This document shows, piece after piece, positions 27,001 to 39,414 of a stretch of DNA of 64,000 nucleotides (positions are counted from its first letter, which is position 1; each line of letters opens with the position of its first letter). A program made the position numbers and the translations under genes. Source of the DNA: Marsupella aquatica (taxonomy: Eukaryota; Plantae; Marchantiophyta); NCBI GenBank assembly GCA_973895155.1, contig OZ316899.1, forward strand, positions 6,017,241 through 6,081,240, read 5' to 3'. The notes beneath the pieces are model-generated. The model was not told the DNA's origin, searched no databases, and saw only the letters and a program-made list of their open reading frames with translations.

Positions 27001-28655
27001 GATAAGCAAGAGTTGGAGATCGTGCAAATGAGGAGCTGAAGACGGCCAGGGCCAAGATACTACGGCTTAACAATGAAGTTGGAGACGTATCTCAGGAATT
27101 GGAGGAGGCCAAGGATAAGATGATCAGGTTGCAGAGGCGTGCCGACAATCAAACACAGAAATTGAAGAAGTATGCCGAAGCGGGATATGGGTCACCAACT
27201 GAAAGGCTTCCCGTTAGTAGTATGGTAGGCGGAAATATAGTGAAGCCAAAGCCGAAGCCAAGCTCCCTGTTGTCAAGCGTGACTGGGGGCAAAGCCATGC
27301 AGTTGGTGGCAGACTTGGCAAAGACGTTCATGGGGCTAGGCGATAATAAAGTTAAGGCCCTTAAAGCCACTCCGGAGGAAGTCGAGAGCATGGCCGCTCA
27401 CATTTGTGGTACTGTGGCCTTGAAGGCAGTTGTGGTAGAGGTAAGTACTACGGGTCAACTTGGAGCTGCGGTAACAGGTTTAGACGATGGTACTGCTTCT
27501 ATGGACGCACAGAACATGAAGCCGTGGGTTATTAAGACCGAGCGCATCGGGGAGCAGGCTTGGATTGAGGAAGTTAAGGCAAAGGCTCTCCAAGCCGTTT
27601 CCGAGGAGGATGCAGATGCCGATGCCAAGACCGAGGCCGGGGCCGACAAACCAGAACCCAAAGTCGAGGAAGCCAAAGGGGTCAGGTCGGGGCCGATGGC
27701 AGGAGAAGGTGCAGAGTCTGAAGATTCGGACTTACCCCCGGTCATCTGACAATTAAGGAGGGCCAGTCATCGGTTGAAGGAGGACGTGGCGGCAGGAGAA
27801 GGGCTTGGGCCAGAAGGGCGCGGCCGTTGTAGGATGGGACAGGGCAAGTAGCGCCCTGTCGGCTTAGGTAGTAGTAGATGCTTGGTTCACACAGGGTTCC
27901 GGGCTATTCAAGTTTTTAGGTGATAGTTTTTTGGTAGGATTATCGCGGTGGAAGGCCGTGTGTGGTGGTTAGGATTTCCGTTTGTTTTTTCCTGAATGCG
28001 CTGCAAGGATAAAAACCTGGGCAGCGTGACTTTGGGGGCTTTTTCTTAGTCAAGGCTTTAGTGTTAATTTGTATTGTTGTGAGCACAGGAAGCTCTCGGC
28101 TAAATCTAGACCGCAGGGTATCAGTAAACCACCAGTTCCCTTGGATTTCTGAGCAATTGTTGAATTGAGTTGGCCTCGTTGCATAGTTCGCAGATTCTTG
28201 CCTTCCAAGAAATTGAGTGTTATGATATCTATTGCTTGATCGATTTAAGTCAGATAGTGTGAACTGTTGAACAAAATACAATCGCATTGTCTTGATTGGA
28301 AACTGCCCAATCAAACTCTGAGAGAAAAGTGAGGATTGAGAGTGTTAGTTGGTGAAGTGTGGGTTGAGTCAGTCTGAAAAAGACCTTCAGCCGGCTTAAG
28401 AAATTAAGCCGTAGAGGTACATTCCGGGGGCGGAATACAAATATACCTGAAGAAGTTAAAGAGGAATTAGGTGTCTCAATTGTGCACAATTCACAAGCCC
28501 AGTGAAAGAATCGGTCCGGTAAGTGTGGATCGAAGGAGAGTATCGCATTTCCAAGACGAATAGCTGCCATAAGGCAAGAGGACGGACATAAACAAGTGGT
28601 TTATGATCGGTTGAGGGTAGTTCTTGGGGTTAGAGGTCTTGGGAAACGTGCCACA
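24065..28655 (+). mobile_element. Family A element copy 1 (solo-LTR-like, 4591 bp, divergent subfamily)
   Basis: TGTGATGCC...GTGCCACA; perfect TSD TACAT (24060-24064 / 28656-28660). Confidence 0.92.
24400..27749 (+). pseudogene. Family-A gene (~1100 codons, with stops/frameshifts): PMD-like motif, acidic linker, long coiled coil; start approximate
   Basis: ORFs 24635, 24992, 25283, 25499, 26320 and 27099; GLEGFVRLSW..PDEDLLDFVGCWEASSNTMLLYGKVFKLTPALIEAVFALP; collinear with copies at 43-46.6 kb and 58-64 kb. Confidence 0.82.
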
Positions 28656-28693
28656 TACATCAAGAGGTTTTTTGGTTGTGTCGTGCGTAGAAT

Positions 28694-31600
28694 GTGCAAC
28701 CATCTCAACAAATGTTACCACGAAGGGTGAGAGCAGCATATCGGGAGATGGGCATGCCAGAAGAGGGAGAACCATCAGAGGATGATTCCTCATCAAGTAA
28801 TGATGTAAGTGATCATGGTGATGAGGAAGCAACACCTCAGACTGATGACCAGGTCATGCATGACCAGTACAGAGCCATGGATGACTTCATGGTTGATTGG
28901 TTTGGTGCTGATGTTGAAGATGGTGTCCCTGACATTAGTGTTGAAGGAGCTGCCCCCCAAAATGACCCACGACCACAACATACTCCAGAGGGACAACAAC
29001 AATGGAAGGAGGCTAAGGAACATGCCTGGACACCTATCTTTGAGGGTGCTCGGTTGAGTCGTTTGTCAGCCATATTGGGGTTGTTGAACATTCACGCCAA
29101 ACATAAGGCAAACAATTCTATGTTATCAGACATATTTGAATATTGTCATGACTTGATGTTACCCTTGGAGAATGTGTTGCCTGGAACTTGGAAGAATGCA
29201 AAGAAGATTCTCTCATCCATTGGCATGGATTACCATATCATTCATGCCTGTGTGAATGATTGCATATTATTTCATGGGGACAAAGCCCATATGACAGAAT
29301 GCACAGTATGTCATGAGCCACTGTATGACCCAAACATGCTAACCGGGAAGGTGCCAAGAAAAGCAATTCATTGGTTCCCCATTATTCCTCGCTTGTTGCA
29401 CATGTATAGATGTTCTGACTTGGCCGAGTTGATGGTATGGCACAAGAAACATCGTTCGGAGCCTGGTGTGATGCGATTACCAGTTGACTCTCCTGCTCAT
29501 AAACATGTGGAGTCAACATGGCCAGATTTTGAGCGTGACCCTCGGCATGTGCGACTTGGGTTGGCATCAGATGGGGTTAGCCCTCATTCACTTGGAGGGA
29601 AGGGGAGACCTACATCAGTTTGGCCGGTGGTTCTCATGAATTACAACCTTCCACCATGGTTGTCCATGAAAAAGGGTTTTTTATTATCCCAGGGCCAAAG
29701 AAGGTGAAGAACATGGACACCTATTTGGCATTAGTGGTTGAGGAACTCCAAAAATTATGGGACGGAATATGGGCATATGACGGTCGAAAGACTACAGGGG
29801 GTACCCCACGGGTTTTTAAACTAAAAGGGGTTTGTATGTGGACCATGCATGACTACCCAGGTAAGAACTATGAAACTACAACACTTTTTTTGTTTACATC
29901 CAGCATGATATGATAATGCATGTTATCCCGTCATTTCCATGTGTTAATTCTACATTATGTGTGTCTATATGACCAGGATTTGGCTTTGTGAGTGGGTTGC
30001 AAACCCAAGGCTACAAGGCTTGCTCCACTTGTGGCCCAAGTCTTGGTGATATAGCCAAGTACTCATCACACCTTCACAAGATTGTTTATCTTGGGCATAC
30101 AAAGTTTCTGCCAATGGGCCATCAGATGAGGTTTGACCCACTACTATTTTCCTCCATTGATATGCCCTTTGGTGATGAACGTGATATACCAGAGCCAACA
30201 ACTTTTGCACATTGGAAAGACTTGGCTGATAGAGTGGCAAACCCGGAGGATCCCATGCAATTTGAGGGTAGCGGGTTGACTAGATGGAGTATATTAACCA
30301 CTTTGCCTTATTGGGGAGAGTTGAAGATCCGCCATCTATTAGACCCCATGCACATTGAGGGAAATGTGGGAAAGGCTTTGATAAAGGCTTTCTATGGAGA
30401 AAAGGACACTAACTTCAGGGAGGCTTGTGAGGATCTTGAGATGCATCCAGATGTATGGGTCACAATTGATCCTATCACAGGGATAGAACATCGACCTTCA
30501 GCCCCATGGGTGCTTCCTATTGGCCAGAGAAGGGAGTTTAGGAATTGCATAGGAGGCATGCAGTTTCCTACTGGTTATGGTGCCAATCTCCGAAAGGCCT
30601 TTGGGATGGAGGACAATCATAAGTGGCCAATGTATCTCAAGACGCATGACTATCATCGGTTATTGCAGCATATATTGCCCGTGGCCATAATAGGTTTGGC
30701 AAGTTCAGAAGTGCAAGATGCCATTTGGTCATTGGGAAAACTATTGAGATGGGTATGTTCTAAGGAGATATACTGTGAAGAGATCCCGGGAATGGAGGTA
30801 CTGGCAGCAGAGGTGGTATGCAAGTTAGAAAAGGCCCTTCCTCCTTCCTTTTTTGATTGCCAAGTGCATTTACTTGTTCATCTTGTTCATGAGGTGGCCA
30901 TTGCTGGTCCTGTGCATTGTCGATGGATGTATTGGTTGGAACGGTACATGGCAGTATTAAAGGGTTATGTACGTAACCAGGCACGGGTTGAGGGAAGCAT
31001 GGCTACAGGATACTTGGCAGCAGAGAGTATGTTCTATTGCAGTAACATATTAGCCACAATTGATCGTACCTCTCCCCGTACTTGGGTAGAGGAGAGGGAA
31101 GATGAGGAGGATCGTTTAACAGGTGCTATCAAAACCCGCATGTTGACACCAGTGGAGTTGAAACAACTAACCACATTCATGTTGAGTAACAACACTATCA
31201 TGGAAGAATGGAGGGATTTCTATGAGGATGCCAAAAGTACCAGTAGAAGACCAAGGATCTTTCCAAAGTACCATGACTACATGAAGGAGAAGTTGGTTGA
31301 GGTGGATGACACGGTAGCGAGGGGAGAGAATGTATTACATTTTCCAGCTATCACAGATGATGTCCGTACCATTGTTCATGGTCCCTTGAGAATGGTTACA
31401 ACAAGGACGGCAATGTGGACACAAGGGAGACATTTCAGGTTATTTCCAAGTACCTTAGTAACCTTTCATCTATGGTGATTTTAATTTATGTGTAATACAC
31501 CCACATATATTGAAGAGACAATTTTTTGGCATGTGATATTAATTGTTATATGTTTATGCCTATTTTTGTAACATGTCCTTATGGTTTGGTGGATTTTAGG

Positions 31601-32086
31601 GTTTCTTCCCTTGATGAGAAGAGGGGTCGTACCTTTGATTGTGGAGTTCAAGGACAATTCTCTCAAGATTCCCGCAGCAGTTGCCATGACACAAATATTA
31701 TTCGAGATGTTGTGCCACATTATGGAAAGATAGAGGAGATCCTAGTGATCTCTTATGATGCACAATCAAAGTTTGAAGAGTATGTCTTCAAGTGCAAGTG
31801 GTTCAAAGTGAACCTTGCAGGTAACAATCCCACCGTGCTTCAAGATGAGTGTGGATTTACACGGCTAAAGACATTTGCCACTAGTTTCCAGCCATCTCAT
31901 TGGCAAACATTGGAGCCGTTCACTTTTCCAAGTCATGTGGAACAATGTTTTTATATTCCATACCCCCCAAACCCAGAGGAATGGTCACTTGTCATCACAT
32001 ATGTGCCACGATCTCGTTCAGTTGTTGGGGAAAAGCCAGATATTCTGGTTGTGTCCCAACTTGAAGAGGATGAGGACCAAGTTTGA
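28694..32086 (+). pseudogene. CACTA TnpD-like transposase, copy 3 (near complete; frameshift near 29690)
   Basis: IHACVNDCILF, RHVRLGLASDGVSP, WPVVLMNYNLPPW, WTMHDYPG, DUF4218/DUF4216-like motifs; GT-AG introns 29861-29976 and 31439-31599 restore the frame. Confidence 0.95.
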
Positions 32087-32329
32087 GGGGTATATGTTAT
32101 GTGGATATATAGTTAGATTTGAACATATGAGGATCTCTCTTCTTGGTTGGAGAAATATGTGTTTCTAAATTATTAATAAATTTATGTTTGCCCAAATCAA
32201 TCTTGTAAGTATATCAATTTTAAATGTGGCTTTTTTACATCTTCCATCCCCACAGTCCTATGTACACTCCCACACCTTTTGGTACACTTTATGAAAAAAA
32301 AACTCATGTCGCTTGTAGTTATTCCTCCT

Positions 32330-32750
32330 TGTAGCTTTCCTTCTCCCACCCCCTAGCCTTTCTCTCTAGTACTTGTACCCACCTCCCTCCTCCCCTTGTC
32401 TCAACCCCTTCCTTTTTAAAACCTATACATGCCCTCAATTTTTTCCACCTTTCACTGTCCTCAACCTATGCTCCTCCCTCCTTGGCTTGTCCCTCTCCTA
32501 AACCTATACCTTCCACCCTCCCTCCCTCCTCCCTCCTTTCCTTTTCCCTCCCTAAACTGTAGGTAGGTACGCTCCCTCCTCCCTCATTTCCTTGTGCACC
32601 CTAAACCGCCCTCCTCCCTCCTCCCTTTGTTCCTTGTCCCCCCTTAAGTCAACCCTTCCTCCTCCTTTTCTTCCTAAAGTGTACCTCCTCCCTCCTCCCT
32701 CCTCTCTCCTTGACCCTCCTTCCTCCATTCCTTGTCCCATGCCCTTTCTA
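32330..32750. repeat. Polypyrimidine (CCT/CCTCC) low-complexity tract
   Basis: Repeated cctccctcct / ccttgtcc / ctaaac units. Confidence 0.85.
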
Positions 32751-33287
32751 AATCTGACAAACCCCAAAACCAAATTTCCGAACCATTTTGCAAACCCCCA
32801 CCCATCTCAACCTAATGGCTACATTAACGATCCCTACCTCATCGCTAGATCCCATCCCAAAACCATCGCTACATTCCGAAGCAACGCGCATCTCAACTTT
32901 CCAAAACTCAAGCCTTCTCTAAAGAGAACCATTGAGGCGCCATGATTTTGCGAGCCACACCATCTCGCAAACTAGCGATTCTCTTAGTTTCGCTATATTG
33001 CGATTAATTTTGCATCGCACGCCGCTTTCCGATAACAGAAATATCGCAACGTTATCGATGCAATCGGGTTTGCAAGTTGTTTGCGAAACGGTAAACATCG
33101 CTACTAAGTAGAATGCTCAAAGGTTCAGAAACATTTTGTGAGATATTTGGTTTTGCAAATATTTGCAAAGATGTTGGTTTCGCAAATAATGGTTGCGAGA
33201 GTGTCAGTGTCGCAGTTTGAGATGCGGTTTGCATTGCAAGATGAGCAATGAACGGCGCTTCGCGGTGCGTTTATCCCCTTGTAATTG

Positions 33288-33319
33288 ACCTTCGCAAAAA
33301 CGGCAAATATGTAGTAGTG
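33288..33319 (-). repeat. CACTA terminal inverted repeat (right)
   Basis: ACCTTCGCAAAAACGGCAAATATGTAGTAGTG, preceded by TCGCAA/TTGCGA subterminal repeats from ~32850. Confidence 0.9.
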
Positions 33320-34430
33320 GTTGTACTATTGATGTACCCTGCTAAATTACCATTCCGAATAGGGTCACCATCAATCATCCTACAATGCCACGGCCTAGTT
33401 AAAACCTCATCTGGGTCTGAGTCCATCCTCAAGGCGTACACCCCCTAGGTTGGGTGCTGACGCAACAAAGTCTTCCAACTCTTTGCATTATATACAGCCC
33501 CAATGTAAGGGAAAAGGTGCTCTCCATCATATCCACGTCTCCATGGCTTTGGAGGGACCACAATGTCCTCCAAAGCATATAGACCATATCCTATATCAGC
33601 ACCAATAGAGGATGCCTTCACTATCCAAGGCCGACCCCATATGTCAACTGGTTCATCAGTATGAATGAAATCTGGAAATTTGAAGAGACTAGGAGAAAAG
33701 TCCTTCCAAACATCAGCAGCCCTACCAGTGAGATAAGATAGTCCAAACCGGCCCTCAACACAAATATAATCTCCATTTCCGGGTGGTCGATCACTACGTA
33801 ATGCCTCCTCCTGATTCTCTACCTGCTCCACCGGTTCATATTGTCGTCTACGTCTGCGAGACCGTGAACGTGTACGTAGGACCCTAGTATCCATTTCCTC
33901 GGGTCGAGAGACCGGTGCATCCTCGTCTACATGCGCATGTGTGGGGATAGGAGCAGGGGGACTAAGAGGTGGATGGGCAAGGGCAGATGCAAGCAACTCA
34001 CTAGCCCTTGCCAAAAACCCTTCCAACCACATAGCATTATCAACTAGAGGAGGTGGGGGTCCACGAGGCACCTATTTCAACAAACAATGATTTGACACAA
34101 ATCAATACATGAATTGTTGTTTAGATGTAAAGTAATTTAGCATTTGTGGACTAATTATTGGAATTTCATGGAATGAAAGAGGGACGTATTTATTACTTGG
34201 CTAGGCAAATACCCTGGTGTATCACCCTCGTGGCGACCATAGTTCTCGATGTGCTCACAAGTCTCCCAGGCATGTCAAACCACAAGTCCCTTACATCTCA
34301 CACACCAACAAGGTATGGACCCTAGTGGCTGAGCACAAGGTTGGTCTGGAGGAGGGGGTGGAGGAACCTCCTCCTCAGACGAGCTCGTGTCTGAGTCTGA
34401 ATCCGACGTGGAACTATCGGAAGTAGACAT
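33320..34430 (-). pseudogene. Two-exon gene: CACTA transposase-associated-like Zn motif fused to a SET domain, truncated by the CACTA TIR
   Basis: Exon 1 (34430-34197): MSTSDS..IPCWCVRCKG..*....EHIENYGRH. Phase-0 GT-AG intron 34196-34072. Exon 2: VKASSI...GYGLYALEDI...LFPYIG...*GVYAL...IDGDPIRNGNLAGYINST, i.e. SET motifs GxGL(F/Y)A and N.A.(F/Y)IN. Confidence 0.75.
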
Positions 34431-35238
34431 CTGCATATATATCATACAACCATGACAATATGTTGGATGAAAGAAAAAAACCAGCAAGACAAATATTTAT
34501 GTCTAGAAAAACAATTGAATGAGAGACATATATACAACACTTGCTATACCTCAATGATACCCGCGCTCTGCCGTGCCTACTAGGCCGTATTCTCTACACA
34601 CAAAGTGTGGGGATATCCAAAATCTCTGCAAGGTGGACATTTTCATAATGAGCATGCATGATCTACAATTGCCGAAAACAAGCTCAAGCACATATGATAA
34701 AAACTTGCATGCCAAACCTGAAATAGCCTAAAGGATCAAGGAATAAATGGATGGGGCATCATACCTTTCGGATGCGCGGTCTCACACTGTGCATAGTGCA
34801 TTGCAAAATAACCTACCTAGCTAACACCCTACAAAAACCTAACCACCCCTTCAAAACCAAGGTACTGCACATCAAACCCAAAGACGAATATTAGCAAATT
34901 GAACATGGATAACCAAAGTATATCACAAAAAAATCTGGATTCAGGTACAAACCCCAAAATTGCAAGAAGGTCGATATATCACATCCACGACACCGTTGCC
35001 AACCCCCTGCGGTATGTGTCTACATGTATGGCCCTATAAAACCTGATTCAAACATACATGACGATTAAATGTTAATACAACCGGTCCTTCCCACATACAC
35101 CTACATGACCCCTACATAAGCCCTACTTAACCCCCTATCCGATAACATTACACGAGGGGTCCGATACCATTTCCAACGTATCACACTTCGTAAAAGCAAG
35201 GAATGATAAGCCGGAGGAGGGGTCCGATGCAACATGCA

Positions 35239-36219
35239 GGAGTGGGGATTAGTGAGGAGTCAGAGTGTGTGGCACCTTGGGAGTTAGGAGTTAGTGTTCA
35301 TCAAAGACTCTAGTATTGAAGACCTTGGGTGGAGCCCAAGCTTGTACTAAGTTTACTTGATATAAACCTATGTGTCTTCCTTCCTTGGACACTGTTATTC
35401 TAACTTGTGAAGGGAGTGTGATACTTTCTTTCGACGGTTTTATGACATGTTTTTGACGGTTTTCTTTTGACATTTTTGTGACATCTTTTATAAGGAGTAC
35501 TTTGGTGATAGAGTTTTGCTTACCAAACAATGTTGGAGTACATCACCAAGATTTCTTGGACAAGAAATGATGTGATTGTATGCTCGGTGATTGTTTGGCC
35601 AAGCACTAGCACACCAAGCGGAAACTTTATTTTTGTTTGAGGTTTTGAAGCCAAAATTTGGTGATCAAGTTTTGGTTGATCAAGAAGGCTCTGGGGTGTA
35701 GTATGGGCAATGATTCCTATGGTGAGTCTTAATATGACTATATCGGCAAGATGCAATTGATCGATCACTAGCGAATCAAAGTGGCGCTTCCATTTTTTGT
35801 GGTTAGATAATTAGAAGTTGTGTAGGCTGACTTGTTGGATGTTAGCCTGACATAACAATCCACAATGGTGATAGTCTGTGGTGGTTCTGACATTGGTTGG
35901 TGCAGGGTGACCAATTATAGAGGTTAGAAGTCTCCTTGATGGATTTCTCTTCTTGCGACGGAAGTAAAATCATCTAGTGCAAGTTTGGATTTGATATAAG
36001 ATTATACTAATGTGGTGCAGCCAATAATAGTCTTGTAATTGTTTGGAATACTAAAATCTATGGTATATGTGTGAGGATTTAGTTTTGCTAAAGATAGATA
36101 TGTTGTGAGTACTAATTTCCAAGATTACATCCCTCCTGAGAACCCGAAACGATAAGGGACTGTGTTTTGAGAGTAAAATGAATTAAATATGTGTTAAGTC
36201 CCAAAATAGAGGTTTGACA
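35239..36219 (-). mobile_element. Partial second copy of family C LTR-like repeat (inverted relative to 3951-4929)
   Basis: Near-identical reverse complement including the same 79-aa incidental ORF (4638-4877 vs 35291-35530); same TGTCA terminus. Confidence 0.85.
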
Positions 36220-36278
36220 AACCAGTTGGAAACAGGGACTACGGAAGTGAGGAGTGATCGGCTGTTGAAAGGAATAAA

Positions 36279-37510
36279 GTGACAAAAGCTTGGCAACTTG
36301 CTGAAATGAATTCAACTCCTTTGCAGCCACTTAAGCTTCCTTTTTATGCTGAGCTGGCCGCAAGGCAATCAGTATTATACAAGAGGCTGGTTGAAATAGG
36401 TGGCCACGGAAAACAAGAACTTAGAAGAAGCAATATGTATATTGATGATCTTGCTGTAGAGAGTAGCAAACCTGATGGAAGCGATAGTGGAGAGAAGAGT
36501 GATCATGATGATTTTCCACATCCGGAAATATATGTTTCAGGGACCAGTGAGGAAGGCGATTATGCTAGTGAATAATTTGACAACTTTAGAAGCAAGTAGT
36601 TGGGGTATTTGTATCGCAATGTACTTTGTATTGAGCATTTATAATTACTAAGACAATATCCTATTCTTTGCAATTGCAGCACGGAGTAAAATTTGTGGGA
36701 GGGAGGAAGTCGATACCAAGTCTAGGAAGTCAATTCAAGGTCAGCAACTCAAGGGTGACGTGCGCCCGATTATGAAAGTAATTAAAGGTGACCCAATCGG
36801 TCAACAAATGTTTCCATCAGTCGCGTCCATAACAAACGTGGAAGCAAACTTGCAACGATTTCACGAGATTGTATCCGTGTGCCTTGACCCACAAGCTCCC
36901 TTGGAGGAATACATCTTGAAGAACGATGAATGCAGCCTTACTCGGAGAGAAATGATGTGCCTTCAAGATCACAAATGGTTATGTGACGATGTCATGAATG
37001 CTTACATGGCATTGTTGTCCGATCGATAGAAGACATCATTGACTGGCAAAAAATGCCACTTTTTCATCACCCAGTTCTTCCCGATTCTTAATCAACAAAT
37101 GGGATACAACTACAAAGTTGTTCAAAAGTGGACAGGTCGCTCACTGTTATGTGATTGTGATCTCGTATTCGTTCCTCTTCACAAGGTAATGAGCAAACGA
37201 GCGCATCATTGGAGCTTGGCAGTAATTGACATGAAAGGATGTCAACTCCATTACTTTGACTCTCTTGAATTGCTGCCCGATCCCGGCGCTCTTGACCTCC
37301 TTGCCAAATATATTGACGATGAAGCCCATTATAAATCCCAAAAAACTCTAAACGCCGAATCATGGCCTCAATTTAATTTTCCCGACCTTCCTCTTTAGAA
37401 AGATGATTACAATTGTGGAGATTTGCCCTTTGATTTCTCTTCAAGCGACATGCCTTGCTTTAGGAGAAAGATGGTCTTTCATTTGTTCAACTGGAAGATC
37501 TCGGTTTAGG
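36279..37510 (+). pseudogene. Ulp1-like SUMO protease (Peptidase C48)
   Basis: CLQDHKWLCDDVMNAYM; KCHFFITQFF; VFVPLH...HWSLAVID...YFDSL; PL*KDDYNCG; catalytic H, D, C present; in-frame stops, including at the oxyanion Gln position. Confidence 0.9.
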
Positions 37511-37517
37511 CAAAATG

Positions 37518-37747
37518 TTCGGCGAGATTGCTGAAATGCCTTCCACACAGAAGATTGTCCTCGACGAGGTTCGCCAAACCATTTTTGAAATTTGTTGATC
37601 AAACTGTGGGAGTCCCATTAAAATTAGGGTACCACCCATATTACCTAGGTTAAGTCCTCAGCGAGGGTTGCCAACAAGTTTTTGAAAGAGTCTCGGCAAG
37701 CCTCACCGACCAATTACTAGAGAATACTTCTTGGCAAGCCTCGCCAA
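37518..37747. repeat. Cluster of five degenerate palindromes, consensus TCGGCGA-NNN-TCGCCGA
   Basis: Copies at ~37518, 37560, 37657, 37693 and 37731. Confidence 0.75.
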
Positions 37748-37974
37748 CCAAATTTTGTCTGGATGTTTCCACGTCGTCAAATTTTGCCAATGAAGGGTCC
37801 TTTTCACTCGCACACCCAAATCTTGCAATCTTGTCAGGATCCATATTGGAAACCAACCGATATGGTTTGTTGTATTATTTACAATCTGTATTGCTTCAAT
37901 TACGGTTGATACAGGAATGTACGGTCGATACCAACATCTACGGTCAATACCAAAATGTCCCATAGCTCGTACGT

Positions 37975-38824
37975 TGTCGCGAGGACTTAAAGTTAGGGGC
38001 TCCTTGGGCAAACTACGCATTTATGGCTGCGATCGGGACAGGTGACAAGCACTTTTTGGAGCGAACTCTCACTCCTTTATATTTTTTACTTTTCTCACAA
38101 AGGTTACAATAGGTGCCCTCGAGTAAGCTTGCCCGCAAGAGTCTGGTAGCTGGCCCTACGGCGGGCCGCTACCTCTAACTTGTCGAGTAGAACTCCTTGA
38201 GTGACTAACTACTCAAAATCTGACGGAAAAACTATCCTCCTTAGCTCACAAAACCAAAAACTCGACTAGCTACTCCACTAGTCTAAAATAGCTCGCACGG
38301 AACTCGGGCCTGGACCAACGAGGCTCCAAACTTGAGAAATCCTTGCCTGGATTGACAAGACTCCGAACTTGAGAAATCCCCGCTTGGATCAACGAGACTC
38401 CAGACTCGAGAAATTCCCCTCTTGTATCGAAAACTCTCCACCTGGATCAAAAACTCACTCAGAACTCCAAAACCGCCGCACAACAGTCGAGTTCCACAGA
38501 ACGGAGCAGAACTCACAGAACACAACTCAACAGATCTCAATAGACAACCACCAACCTCAATGAGCCGAGGCTCAAGTCTTAAGCAACATCGGAAACCCAA
38601 CCATCCAGCCTGAGCCAGCTGCCAGCAGCAAGGCTCATCCAAACTCCAAGCTTGGTGACTCACCCAAACACCAAACCTGGTGACGACGAGTCACCCAATC
38701 ACCAAACCTCAATCCATCCAACCAAGCAGCCCCTCCGAGTCAGCATGCACGCAACCCAACCGGGAGGCCTTGCCCATCATCCCCTATAAAAGCCATTCTT
38801 GAGCCAAAATCTTTCGGCACGACA
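37975..38824 (-). repeat. 3' LTR of the gypsy element
   Basis: TGTCGCGAGG...GGCACGACA; matches 42021-42156 plus 47264-47974. Confidence 0.95.
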
Positions 38825-38833
38825 TCCTCCCCC
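38825..38833 (-). other. Polypurine tract
   Basis: GGGGGAGGA on the minus strand immediately before the 3' LTR. Confidence 0.8.
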
Positions 38834-39084
38834 AGTAAACCTGAGCAGCCTCCGGTCTGCTCCAATCGATCAGATTTCCTCTAAGTCCGAGTCCAAACTT
38901 GAGCCATGCGCCTGGACCACTTCCTCCTCAAGAAACTCAAACCCAAAGCCTTCAGACTGGGCCTTAGGCACTCCACTTTCCAGAAACTCGAAGTCCAACT
39001 CATCCGAATCAGAACCAGTCAAGCCACTTTCAAAACTCAAGTCCAACGGATGCGCCTGGACTAGTGCCTCATCTTCAAATTCAC

Positions 39085-39387
39085 TCAAGTCGGAACTTGA
39101 GTCCATTCCCTATGTTGGATCCTCGAGTAAAACTGGCAAATCTTGCAAGTCTTGACATAGTCTCGAACGGCCAAGTATAAACCTGGCCACCAGTACTCCT
39201 TTTGGATCCGCTCACAAACCTTCGCCCTTACTCCTTTCAAACCACCTTTGACCTCAGCATCATAGACTTCCTCCAAAATCCGCTTTTGCTCATCCTTAGA
39301 ATCGACAACTCTCCTGAGTACTAGCATGGGGCCCTTAGGTTTCTGCCAAAGGTAGCCCTCTCTAAGAATGAACTTATCAGATTTCAC
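39085..39387 (-). pseudogene. Integrase N-terminal Zn-finger (H2C2) fragment
   Basis: RILEEVYD...GGLKG....ERIQKEYWWPGLYLAVRDYVKTCKICQ; catalytic core absent. Confidence 0.85.
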
Positions 39388-39414
39388 TCAAATGTCTTCG
39401 AACTCTTTACCATC

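Larger units (their letters stand above)
20957..33319. mobile_element. CACTA-TIR-bounded composite containing two divergently oriented TnpD copies and a nested family-A element
   Basis: Inverted CACTA TIRs at both ends, but the 3-bp flanks differ (AGT / GTT), so not a simple single insertion. Confidence 0.7.

Noticed and set aside
32552-32945. G/E/R-rich and P-rich ORFs
   Set aside because: Translation artefacts of the polypyrimidine tract.
3951-36219. ~1-kb inverted repeats 31 kb apart as TIRs of one giant element
   Set aside because: The left copy continues to its own TGACA end with a near-TSD at 5891, and no matching TSD flanks the pair; two independent LTR-like copies is simpler, though not fully excluded.
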